A stretch of DNA of 64,000 nt, from contig NW_003314266.1 in NCBI RefSeq assembly GCF_000143415.4, positions 3,160,607-3,224,606 of the forward strand, written 5' to 3'. Every line of letters begins with the position of its first letter. Position 1 is the stretch's first letter. The DNA comes from Selaginella moellendorffii (lineage: Eukaryota; Plantae; Lycopodiophyta). Below, piece after piece: positions 52,942 to 64,000 of the stretch. The notes below the pieces were generated by a model. The model searched no databases. It was not told the DNA's origin and saw only the letters and a program-made list of their open reading frames with translations. The position numbers and the translations under genes were made by a program.

Positions 52942-55041
52942 TGAGAAAAGTGCAACGGCCACTTTTCTATACCAACTCTAGACTCTATCCAACTTAATTG
53001 CCTTAGCCTCAAAAGTCAGCATCCCTTTCGGGCTGCATCATACAAACTACTTACTAAGATCTAAGCCAACCGAAGTCAACTCCAACCCCTTCACTAGTTT
53101 GTACTGGCTTTCGAAAATGGAATGGTTTTCGGACAAAATGATCGATAGATCAGCCATTGAAAAAGCCTAAGAAAATTTGTGGAAAACTTTCCATCCTAGA
53201 GAAAGAATGACTCTCAGTCCAGGATTGCAAACTTTCACGACTCAAACAACTTCTTCCTACAAACAACTTCACATAGATTCACCTCAACACAAATTCTCAT
53301 GACCCATAATATGCTTAAGCATTGAACATCTTTGCCCATTTTTCCAATATCCAACACTGACATCCGCAAAGTGCAAAATGAGCATCCAAGGCTTGATCAC
53401 AAAGACCACATCATCGGATATCCACATTGCACTAACACTCTTTTTCAACCACCTTCAAGATCCAATGTGAAGCCAAAACACTAACAAGAAAAATGACATG
53501 GAAAATCAAGCTCTAAGGAAAATTCCTCATCACTCGAATCAACAATGCCACTTCCACTAACACAAGTGCTAGCAATGTCAATGCATCAACCTCACACCTT
53601 CTCCATCCAATAATCTACTCCAAGTGCTAACGGATCAACAGATGAGCTATAGCAAATGAATGCTACAACCCATTCCCAACACTTAACAGGCAAACTCAAG
53701 GAAACAAGGAACCAACTTAAGCTTAGCATAATGAACCACCACCGAGAATCCAGTCAAAGCTACTACAATGCTACTTCGTGCAAGTAGACTAGCTTCTCCA
53801 TTAACCACTTTGGGGTTGATCATCATTTACCCAAGCAACTTCGTAAACACATTGCTCATTATCACATGGATATGATATAAATCACAATGACTTGATCATC
53901 AATTGAGTAACGCAATGAGCAAGGCTTATGTTATTACTTCAAATGTTTATGTGAGTATCAAATGCCAACTCGATTCGACAAAATGCAACATAAATGCCAC
54001 ACTCCACCAATAGAGATTTACGACACCCAACACCACTAACTTTTGTTCACAACACAGACAAGCTTATGCCACTCTCTTTCCGACCAATCTCAAAACTATT
54101 CCAACACCAAGCTACTCAAGGAGCAATAGCAAGGTTCCCCGGAAAAGAATTGAGCATTGCAACCCAAGTCTTCCAATAGCGAGCCTAGACAAAATGGTTT
54201 AGTGTTTCACCACTATCCATCCCATAACTCACTATTGTAAAACCACCATCTCCAACATGCATCAAGGTAGAGACTCTTGATTGCATGATGTGAACACAAG
54301 CAATGAGTTAACCCCTCGTTGCAAATCATCTCTCAAGAAGAGAAAATGATTTACGTATTTGATCCTTCGTCCCCGATGACTCTCTTTTCGGTCTCATCTT
54401 TGACCAAACCTCAAGCTTGCTTTCGCACTGCCTTCAGTCCAATCCAAGAAAAGTTTATGAGAGAGCACGGCAATGATTACTTGAACCAATAGACTAATCC
54501 CTATAGTCTTGGTTGATCCACTTATAATCATGCCTAGGAAGGATCCACTAGTGCCGTGCTAAACAGCTACGGACCAGCCTATTTGCCACTCATAGCAAAC
54601 CCAGAGAAAGTTTACTTTTACTTACGGTACATGGAACAACTCATGGAACCACCGATAGGCTAACATTAATCCTGCCAACTCAAAGTGTAACCTCGAGTTG
54701 CTAATGTGCCTCACTCACGAGCCCAAGCGCAAACTCGTGCAACCGGAACAACTCAGTCCACCCTATGAGCCCAAGAGCAAGCTCACATAATATGGAACAA
54801 AAAGGTAACCAAAACCTATCCCAAGGAACGAATGCGAAGTCTTAGCACCCAAACGTGTACCCACTCGGATCATCGTTTTCATCTCTGCGTATACAACGAG
54901 ACTAGTTGCCCAATCTCATTGAATAGTACTCGCTGAGACTCATTCTCTGATACCAAATGTAGCGCACGTGGTTTTGACCCTTTATCCTATGGTGATTTAC
55001 CATAGGATAACACCACGAAGCGGAACCTAAACCCTCTTTGT

Positions 55042-55108
55042 GCCACGTGACAGATGCCACGTGTCACATGCCACGTGTCCATGCCACGTGTCCATGCCAC
55101 GTGTCCAT
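55042..55108. promoter_or_regulatory. Tandem G-box/ABRE array (GACACGTGGC-type, 5 units) in the LTR
   Basis: atgccacgtgtcc 13-mers; 4-unit arrays also at 43554-43607, 48914-48967 and 56479-56532. Confidence 0.75.
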
Positions 55109-57756
55109 AGGAACCCGAGGTTCAGGGCCTTGGGCCACTGAACGAAGGAACGGTGCCAAACTCCCAAGCGTGACGCCAAGGAGTGATGGAACCGGACCAC
55201 GGAGCAACTCCCGAGCATATAGCCCAAGGAGCGAAGGGACAGGGGCCCGGAGCGACTTGGAACAGTCCTAGAGCAACCAGCATCCCAATGCTAGGACCAG
55301 CACGCAAAACGGAGCCAAACGGAGTCTGGCGCTATTTCGGCATACCGGTGGCCTAACGTGAGAGTATGGGTACTCCACCAGCTAGCATGGAATGGAACTT
55401 GGGCTTAGACCCAAGCCGGACGCAGAACAAGGACAGGCACGCAAGCGGGAGCTAGACTATGCCTCAGGTTGGTCGGCCATGCCCGACCTACCCACTATCC
55501 CTACTATACATTTGGAACCCCCCATAGCCCCCCCGCCTTGAGGAACACACGCTTTGGGCTNNNNNNNNNNNNNNNNNNNNNNNNNNNNNNNNNNNNNNNN
55601 NNNNNNNNNNNNNNNNNNNNNNNNNNNNNNNNNNNNNNNNNNNNNNNNNNNNNNNNNNNNGGCAGCCTCTGTAACCTAGCATGACCGATGGTGAGGGGAA
55701 AAATCTATTTATCGAGGGGTTCTTGATGCTTGCAAGTGCAACCCAATGACTCAAGTTTCTCATAGCAGGCCGAGTATGCTCAGCAAGAAACACATAGGGT
55801 TCCTACCTTATGTTGATGCAATCTAAGTGCATGTTCATTGACCAGTTTCTCAACTAGTTCAAGTGGGAACTGATAACGGGTCCAGCAATACCGACCTCCT
55901 GCCATCGTGGCAGTAAGGTAAGAGTGTCCGTAAGGACTGGCCGACAGGTAACTTTCGATACCTGAAGTCACATTCGCGACACCGTGTCTGCCAAACACCC
56001 TCGCTATCATGCCCTTCGTGTTAGTCCCAAATGCTATTTATGGAAAGTGTCCAGATTTACTCATTTAGCATATCTACGGAATGTAGAGATCGTCCTGAAC
56101 ACAATGGTGTTCGTCCCGTGTCTAAATTCGCAATCTAGGGACATTCCATATTTAGTAAGTTTCGAGCTTGTCCCAGAGACTAACTCCTGATACTAAGGGA
56201 GGCTGCTGGTGGAGTACTCATATCCTCGCGTTAGGCCACCGGTATGCCGAAATAGCGCTAGACTCCATTTGGCTCCGTTTTGCATGTTGGTTCTGGCATT
56301 GGGATGCTAGTTACTCTAGGACTGTTCCAAGTCGCTTCGGGCTCCTGCCCCTTCGCTCCTTGGGCTTTATGCTCAGGAGTTGCTCCGTGGTTCGGTTCCG
56401 TCACTCTTTGGCTCCATGCTTGGGAGTTTGGCACCGTTCCTTCATTCAGTGGCCCAAGGCCCTGAACCTCGGGTTCCTATGGACACGTGGCATGGACACG
56501 TGGCATGTGACACGTGGCATATGTCACGTGGCACAAAGAGGGTTTAGGTTCTGCTTCGTGGTGTTATCCTATGGTAAATCACCATAGGATAAAGGGTTAA
56601 AACCACGTGCGCTACAGCCAAGGACCAATGGTACTGGAGTACGGAACGACTCTTGAGCATAACGAAGGGATAGGAGCATGGAGCAACTTGGATCAGTCCT
56701 AGAGCAACTAACATCCTAATGCCAAGACTAGTAAGCAAAACAAAATTAAATGGAATTTGGTGCTATTTTGGCATACTAATGGCCTAATGCAAAGACATGG
56801 GTATTCCACCAGCTAGCATGGTGTGAAATTTGGGCTTAGACCCAAGCCAGATGCAAAACAAAAAGAAACACGTAAATAGAAGAGTACTGATGTATTTCTA
56901 AGCTATAAAAGGTGAAAAATGAAGAAGCTCACTGAAGAAGCTTCCTGGAAATATTTTATCTAGAGAGAGAAAAAGTGACAGATTTCAGAAGTGAGAATTT
57001 GAAGAAGTTGTTTTCTATAAAGTTGAAGATCTTATCAAGGGAAGTTCTTTGGTGGTGAAATCAAGTCAATCGAAGTTGTGGATGAAGAGTTATTAGCTGG
57101 AAAAGTCTCATCCATTGGTTGCTGTTTAAGTTTTTGGTAGTTTGAAAATTAGGTACGGCCATTCAGTTATTTTATAGTTTTTGTTCTTGTTTTCTCTCTC
57201 TAGTTCTTGAGTTCTTTCTACTCAAAGATGGTGGGACCTCCCATAGGCCGTCGAGATCCCGTTGCCGATTGTGTCACCAACAACGTGGATAAGGCGTATG
57301 ATTGAGGAGCTAAGAATTTTAGAGGAGCAACAAATTTCAACTACCTGTCCAACCTGTGGTCAAGTGTGGTACCGTTACCTATGCGTGATTATAGAGGAGT
57401 TACTGCAAGCCCAACATACTCAATATGAGTGATTCGTAGTTACTGCTGAAATACAAGACCTAGGGGAGTCTTTCCGGTCTTTCTTTATTGTCATGTATAT
57501 TTTCTAATAGGCTTTCACCCCAAGCCTCCCTTAGACACCGGATGAATATCATTGTGTTTAGGATAATCTCTACATTCCATAGATATGCCAAATAAACAAG
57601 TCTAGACACTTTTAAAANNNNNNNNNNNNNNNNNNNNNNNNNNNNNNNNNNNNNNNNNNNNNNNNNNNNNNNNNNNNNNNNNNNNNNNNNNNNNNNNNNN
57701 NNNNNNNNNNNNNNNNNTACAGGTAACTTTCGATACCCGAAATCACTTTCGCGACA

Positions 57757-60190
57757 AGTGCATATGAGATATGGTATTAACTATGACATTTGCATGTTTA
57801 GTCTTGTGCTCAATTGGAAATTCACTAAACTCCATGAGTTTGATCATCCATTATGCCTAGCAAGAGTCAAACTCCTTCTAGGTGAATAAGAACACCAATG
57901 GCTCATGATCTATGAACATTGTAAACATAACACCAAATAAATAATGCTACCACACACGTAGCATATTAACAATTGCTAAAAGTTCCTGCTTATATATATA
58001 GTATCATTGCTCTATTGGGTTTAATATCCTACTTCATATGCAATAGGATGATCATTTTGCATGATAACACCACCCATAGCACTTGCATTCACAACTACTA
58101 TATATGGTTTGCTTGGATCTGCAATACGCAAGACCAGAGCATGAGCCAAAAGATCCTTCAAAGCTCAAACACTTTGTCCTTGCAATGTCTCTCATTCAAA
58201 ATGAGTGTTCTAACAAAGCAACTGAGTCAAGGGAGAAGTAATATTAGCAAAGTGCTCAATAAACTTGTGGTAATAACCAGCCATTCCCAAGAAACTCCTC
58301 ATTTCAATGATATTCTTCCACAATAGCAACTTTTCATGGGTCAATCTTGACTCTTTCAGCAAAGATAATATGGTCTAGATACTTGCATTCAGATTGCACA
58401 AACTTGCATTTACTCCTCTTAGAAAAAAGCGTATGCTTGTATAACAATTCCAACACTTTGCATGCAAATGCTGACTATGCTCAATCATATTCTTACTAAA
58501 GATAAAAATATTGTCAAGGAAGATCACCATGAAGTCATGCAAATACTTCTCAAATATCTGGGTCATGAAAAGTTGTTGGTGTATTCATAAGTCCAAATGG
58601 CATCACCATAAATTCAAAATGCTTGAAACTTATAGAGAAAGAAAGCATTGTGATATATATATCATTCAGAGCAATCTGATAACTACTTTGCAAGTCGATC
58701 TTCGTAAAGACTATGGCTTCCCCAATCTTATCCATGATGTTATCTAAATGTGGCATTGTCTTCTTGTTTAAAGCACAGTAATTAATACACATTTGCATCA
58801 AGCCATCTTTCTTCATAACAAGTAAGATTGATGCTCCAAATGGAGACTTATTTGGCTGGATAAAACTGTCCTCAAGCAACTCAATCACTTGACACCACTT
58901 CCTTGGCATGACTTAGCTGAAATGGTCATCAATAGATTGGCTTTGTGCCTGGTTCTAGCACAATTTCATGCTCAACTCAAAGGTGGTAAATCAATGTTAA
59001 CTTAGCTAGGAATAGGTCCTTGAACTCCTTGAGTTCCTCCTCCATTGCTGATTCTCCACACAAAAATGTTGACGTATCCAACTCTTGGATATATATCAAA
59101 TAGAGCTCATTCTCTTTATTGTGCACAACACTCTTTAAAGACATTGTTGATATCAACTTAGTCAAGTTGGGAACATCACATCCAAACCAAGTATCACATA
59201 TGCCACCATACTCAAGCTTCACATGTCGAAGGCTCCACTTGATCTTGGGATCAACATGTATGTGCTATGATATGCTAAGGATCATGTCCACATGATGCAA
59301 ATTTGCAAGAAAGAAATCTTAAACCATGGTGATCTTGCCAACTTTCACCAATAAGTCATGCATTGCATCATCCCACTGCTAGTTCTCAGTGGCAGCTTCA
59401 GAAATTCCATAAGGAAACACTTTAGTCACTAGTAGCTTGTACTCCTCAACAAACTTTGCTGAGAAAAAATTGTTAGAACTACCATTGCCCAGCAGAATGC
59501 GCCCTAGATGATTTCCAGCAATCCCTCAACTCAAATCACACGAGATTCTGAAGCCAAGTCTATGGGATCATCACTCTAAATCCCATTGAGTGTACAGGCA
59601 ATCATGGAGATATACTTCTTGCCTAGATTCTCCTCGCATTGCACTTCCTGAACCTGCTCAAAGCTCTAGCACTCCAGCACTGAACCTGGATGAGTTCCAA
59701 GGCATCATCTGTAGGGACATTAGTGCCATCAAATCAGGAATCCAAGCTTGATATGTAACACAACTCCCACCACCTCACATCTTCCTGATGCACTTATGCA
59801 TGTCTGCCAAGGATGCATGCATGTCAACTTCAAGATTCTGGATATTGCTGTTGAGAGCTTGCAATTCCAGCAACCTCATCCACCGTCCAAGCCTCACAGA
59901 TGATGGATTAGCAGCTTCTTCCACAGAATCCATAGCAACAAACTCACAGATTTTGTACTCTAGCCTCTAATACCAATTGTTAGAACCTAGGGAAAAATTA
60001 CCACGTTGAAGTAGAGCAGATTGCCACCTAGCCACCCCTAAGCCCTCTATGCCACTGTTCACAGTAGTGAGCACACTCCACCTCTGCCATGTCTCAAGTT
60101 ATGAACTTATCCCCTGTTAAAATAAACTAACTAAACTAAACTTTGTCATCCTTTAAGACACATGGATTAATATTAATCCCAGGATTATAA
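57757..60190 (-). mobile_element. Family B gypsy: 5' LTR end, PBS, PR-RT-RH, decayed
   Basis: rc PBS ctctaatacca 59965; FTKIDLQSSYQ and VMPFGLMNTP; matches 24950-26540. Confidence 0.85.
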
Positions 60191-60193
60191 AAA

Positions 60194-60760
60194 TTCAGCT
60201 CCTTGACAGGATCCTCTCTGTGGTCATGAGATGCCTAGACGAACTTCCTAGCCGACAGTGTCATGGGCATGCCCCAGTAGTCCTCATAGTTGACAACCCA
60301 GTCAAAGAGCACCATACTCCAATGCCTTGGTGGGAACTGCTAGAAGGATGTAGCTGTGGGTTCCTCATAGATGAGGACTTCTTTAGCATCTAACTGTACG
60401 AATTGAACTTTAGGTACATGTAGGCTGGAATGCTCCAAGGCCCTCCCCAATAAAGGGCAATTGCATGTGTATGATGCTGCTTGGGGCAGATGTTTCAATG
60501 AGCATAGCTTGGGTGAATGAGCAATGTTGTGTCAGGGCAGCCACATATAGTCAACTGCTGGTTATAGCAAACATCGAAGAAGAGGATCAAGGAGGTGGTG
60601 GTGTATTATAGACGAGCTTGAGAGGAGAAGTAGGAGCATGAGCATGAGTTCAAGCTTCTACAAGTGTGCTGCAACCAAAGGTAGATCCACCAATAACTCT
60701 TGTGCCCAAGCTCACATCTGGGCTCTTGTGCTCTCCTACTCACTCACTTCCAAATAGCCC
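60194..60760 (-). pseudogene. Gene X copy 3, deleted and decayed
   Basis: Matches 39296-40030 (cagctccttgacaggatcct, ggctggaatgctccaagg) with internal deletions. Confidence 0.85.
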
Positions 60761-60844
60761 ATCTAACATTTATTAACATCAATTGATAACATGTGGCATT
60801 CAAACCCTTGAAATAGTTAAAGTCATGTTTTGATTGGTCTAGGG

Positions 60845-62722
60845 TGTGACATGGAGATATTCCTTGGGAGTCATGGGAGAAGGATTTGTACTAGAGAATA
60901 GTAGAAATTTGAAGGAAATCAGCAGAAGAACTAGTTATATAGAGGGTAAGTGATTAATAGTGTTTGAAATTTTTTTTAGAGTGATCTTTGTAAGCAGTGA
61001 GGAGATTGTGAGTGCTAGTGAGATTGCACTCAATTTTTAGTGAGGTTTAGAGTGTTTTGAAGAGCTTTTATTGTAGCTCATGGTTGGCCATTGGTAACAT
61101 GGAGTCCTTGAGCAATTTCACAAAGTAATCCTTGTTTGTTTCTCTCATAACTCACTAGATTCTTGCCTTGGTGCTACGTAATAGAATATGTACAGCACAA
61201 CACTTTTAGCCTTGGTTCTAGTAGAGACCCTACTAAATCAAAGCGGTCAGAGGATAGCTCCAAACCCAAATACATTTTGCAAGCTAGGAACAAGGTGCCA
61301 CCTTTTCTTGGCTGAGTGGCTAGTGAATATAGTTTCTTCAATCCTGGTGTGGGGAGACTTGCAAGTGGAAATTGTATGTGCATTTAACTAAGTGGCTCAT
61401 TAAGTCCTTAAATCTTTGTTTGAAACTCTAGTATACTCCTGCTGACTTCATGCTTCCACATTCTTGGAGGAGCTTCTTGCACAATTAGCCATATAGCTAA
61501 ATATCAGCTAGTGACATAGGTCAACTAGGGTGAGTTTGACTATTTCTCATTCCTTGGTATCAGAGGGTAGTAAAATATTACATATCCTAACATTTTGTTA
61601 TATAAGGAGTAACTAGATAGAGAGGTCTATTATCTTTTAGAATTAATAAGAAAATCTTTGAGATTTTTGGGAAGGAGTATCCTATTCCATGGCAGGAGGG
61701 AGCTTGACTCCTAGAGGGCTAAAAGGCTATTCTTGGAAGAGATCTAAGTGATGCAGCTAGGGAGATATTGATGAGAAAGAATAGGCCAAAGATGAGGAGG
61801 TAAGAGGATTTCAGCTAGCTCCAATGCACTTGTGAGAGGAGTTATAATAGTGTCACTAGCAACAACCATGTTGGAAGTTGGGCTGTTATGAAGCTTTAAA
61901 AATATGAAATATCCCAAACCGATTGGAAAAAGGGATACACTCTTGCTTTATGACCAAGGGTATAGTTATGTGGTGAGGAAGTCCCAGAGATTAGTGGGGT
62001 TTAAAGGATGAGCCTTCAAACCTTGGATCTGTAGTGATGTTGGCAAGTACTACTATAGACAAAGAGAGACTTAGTGAGGATTAAAGAAAGGATATTGGGG
62101 AATAGTGTTCCCTATACTTGGGTATATTGCCAAGTGGGGGGATGCTTTGGAGTTGTGATGCACAATTAGTGTACTTAGTGTGAAAGTTTGGCATATATAA
62201 CTTGAACACATAGTGTAAGTGGCACCAAAGATGTGGTGAATAATATAAAGACACTCAATCTCAATTGCTATGGACCTTTGCCCGGAAGGACTGATTAAGT
62301 GCACTGCCAAGTGTGGGGGGGTGCCTTCAGGGTTGTGGTCAACAACTTAAAAGTTTACTAAACCTAGTATCTATTAGTAAACTTGGTGGGATGGACCACT
62401 AAATGATTATGTGGTTGGATAATCATATATAAGATCTTTGCTTGGTTAAGGAATATTGTTTTTAATTTAAAGTAGTGATTTAAACAAATGGTATGGTGTG
62501 ACTTAGTCAAGGTGACCAAGTGAAAAGGATACTTATATGAACTAATTTGTGACAATACAATAGTATTGTGAATCCAACAAAGTAGCTTCTAAAGAAGGAC
62601 CCATGAAAAGGTCATAAAACTAAGCTATGGATAATGCCTACATTGGAAAAACCTAAAGAGACTTACTAAAATTGAACACTTTTTAGGTATGGCAAAATAA
62701 AGCCTTTGCTATTTGGTGCAAC
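60845..62722 (+). mobile_element. Family C gypsy: LTR 60845-61549, PBS 61555, decayed gag-RT
   Basis: tgtgac...ctca followed by tggtatcagag; reverse-complement match to 1-870. Confidence 0.7.
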
Positions 62723-64000
62723 AATCAAAGTATAGAAGAATAAAACTAATGGCTAAGATTGTGCCTTAGTATTTTGTAGAGGGAATTTAATCAATAAGGT
62801 TGGTAAGAAATCACCATATAGTGGATGTTAACAAATCATGGGAAAGGTAATAAATTTCCAAAAGATAAGATTCCCAACTGCTCCAATTTTGTAAAAGGTG
62901 AAAACTCTAAGAGATGGAGCGAAGGCAAGGTAGCCAAATGATAGGATCATGGATAACCTTAGCATAATGGATGGATAAATGGAATTTAGTGCCTAATGTT
63001 AGCATGAGATAAAAGAGAGGATAATAGTGCCATCAAATAAAGAACTCCCTAGGATAAGGAAGTGGAATTTACACAATATAGGCAATGGAAGGTGTTGGAA
63101 ATACCTAGGATATTAGGAGAAGTCAATATTAAAGTTCCAAAAAAGTGATGGTTATGTTTGAGATTACTCCAAAATGAGTAGTAAGTTGCCCAAACAGCAA
63201 ATAGAAAATCAAATGGTAGTTGGTACCAAGTTAGCAATTCTTGGCCTTTCCTAGCTGTTAGTTTCACTCAAATCACTTCAAATACCTCACGATTATACAA
63301 TAGTTTGACCTCCTCTAGTGAGAGCATGCTGATAAATTGAAGATGCTCAATGTCATGTACTAATGTATAAGCTTGAAATGCAAACTAGTTTAGCCTGCAA
63401 AAACATGATATTGGCTAAGTTTATAAAAAATAAATTCTTACATGTTGATTTTATAGCATGCCATGTTAAGCTTCATAGTGTGCTCCCGAGTCATTGGTTT
63501 AACAATTGTGATTGGAACACTAATGTGTCATTCTGTGTCATCTCTAAACTTCTCCTGAATGCACTTCCAAAATGCCAGCCACCTATGGTTTCCATTGATT
63601 ACCCAAAAGAGCTTTCCAATGAACCCTACAATCTCCATATGTTATTCTAAGAATCAATCAAGCTCATAGGACTTTTGCAGCCATATAAAATCCCATTTTT
63701 ACTCAAGTTCAGTAGTCATTGGCTCTATCTGGCCAGTTCCGGGGAAAGTTGGTGAAATGATAAAGGTACCAGCTGTGCTCCCAAACCTGACCTCTACAAA
63801 TAAGCTGTAGAGAGCCATGTTGAGGTTGTAAGATGAGCGCACCCAATAGCTTTGAACCAACCGGCACAAAGGAACCAAAAAGCAATGAGGGCCATTCCAT
63901 GCCATTTCTTGTAACACTTTATTAATTGTCCATTCTTGAGCTTGGATAATTGTATCCTAAACACAGTTATTCAAGATGGTGTCAAAATCATGCATGTATA

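Larger units (their letters stand above)
48830..55981 (-). mobile_element. Family A element A2 (youngest), non-autonomous LARD-like: LTRs 48830-49972 and 54958-55981
   Basis: Near-identical LTRs; rc PBS 54945-55; rc PPT 49973-83; perfect TSD CCGTG (48825-29 / 55982-86). Confidence 0.95.
42543..56616 (+). mobile_element. Family A element A1: 5' LTR 42543-43691, 3' LTR 48514-48829 + 55987-56616
   Basis: tgtcgc...gctaca ends; PBS tggtaccagag 43694; PPT agggggggagag 48502-13; TSD gctaa/gccaa. Confidence 0.9.
40790..57756 (-). mobile_element. Family A element A0 (oldest), 5' LTR split into 42364-42542 and 56617-57756
   Basis: rc PBS ctctgatacca 42351; LTR continues across the insertion (gcatggagc[c/t]aa|gga); ends ttcgcgaca at 57756. 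Confidence 0.8.

Noticed and set aside
52620-53012. ORFs spanning N runs
   Set aside because: Assembly-gap artefacts.
55661-55770. Local divergence between the A2 LTRs suggesting recombination
   Set aside because: Directly next to an N gap; most likely low-quality read end.

Overview
TE-dense plant nuclear DNA. The ~50-nt introns, a TatI-type gypsy and a Tcn1-like chromovirus point to a lycophyte such as Selaginella (inference). Most of the window is nested, decayed Ty3/gypsy LTR elements. These include a triple self-nested non-autonomous family (40790-57756) with TSDs, a 726-bp TRIM, a Tat element with its extra RNase H between PR and RT, and a self-priming chromovirus with a -1 frameshift signal. 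There are also three paralogues of an unknown spliced gene, one with a tandem micro-exon array. The standout is a ~9-kb DNA-transposon-like block (27560-36495) inserted into a gypsy integrase. It combines a MULE/Mutator DDE transposase with a GCM-like zinc domain, a divergently oriented 8-exon gene fusing a ParB/Srx-like domain to a bacterial-style beta-class amino (N6A/N4C) DNA methyltransferase, and two tandem C2HC zinc-finger genes. This copy is disabled, but it suggests a Mutator family that carries its own DNA-modification enzyme. All family assignments come from manual motif reading; no searches were run.
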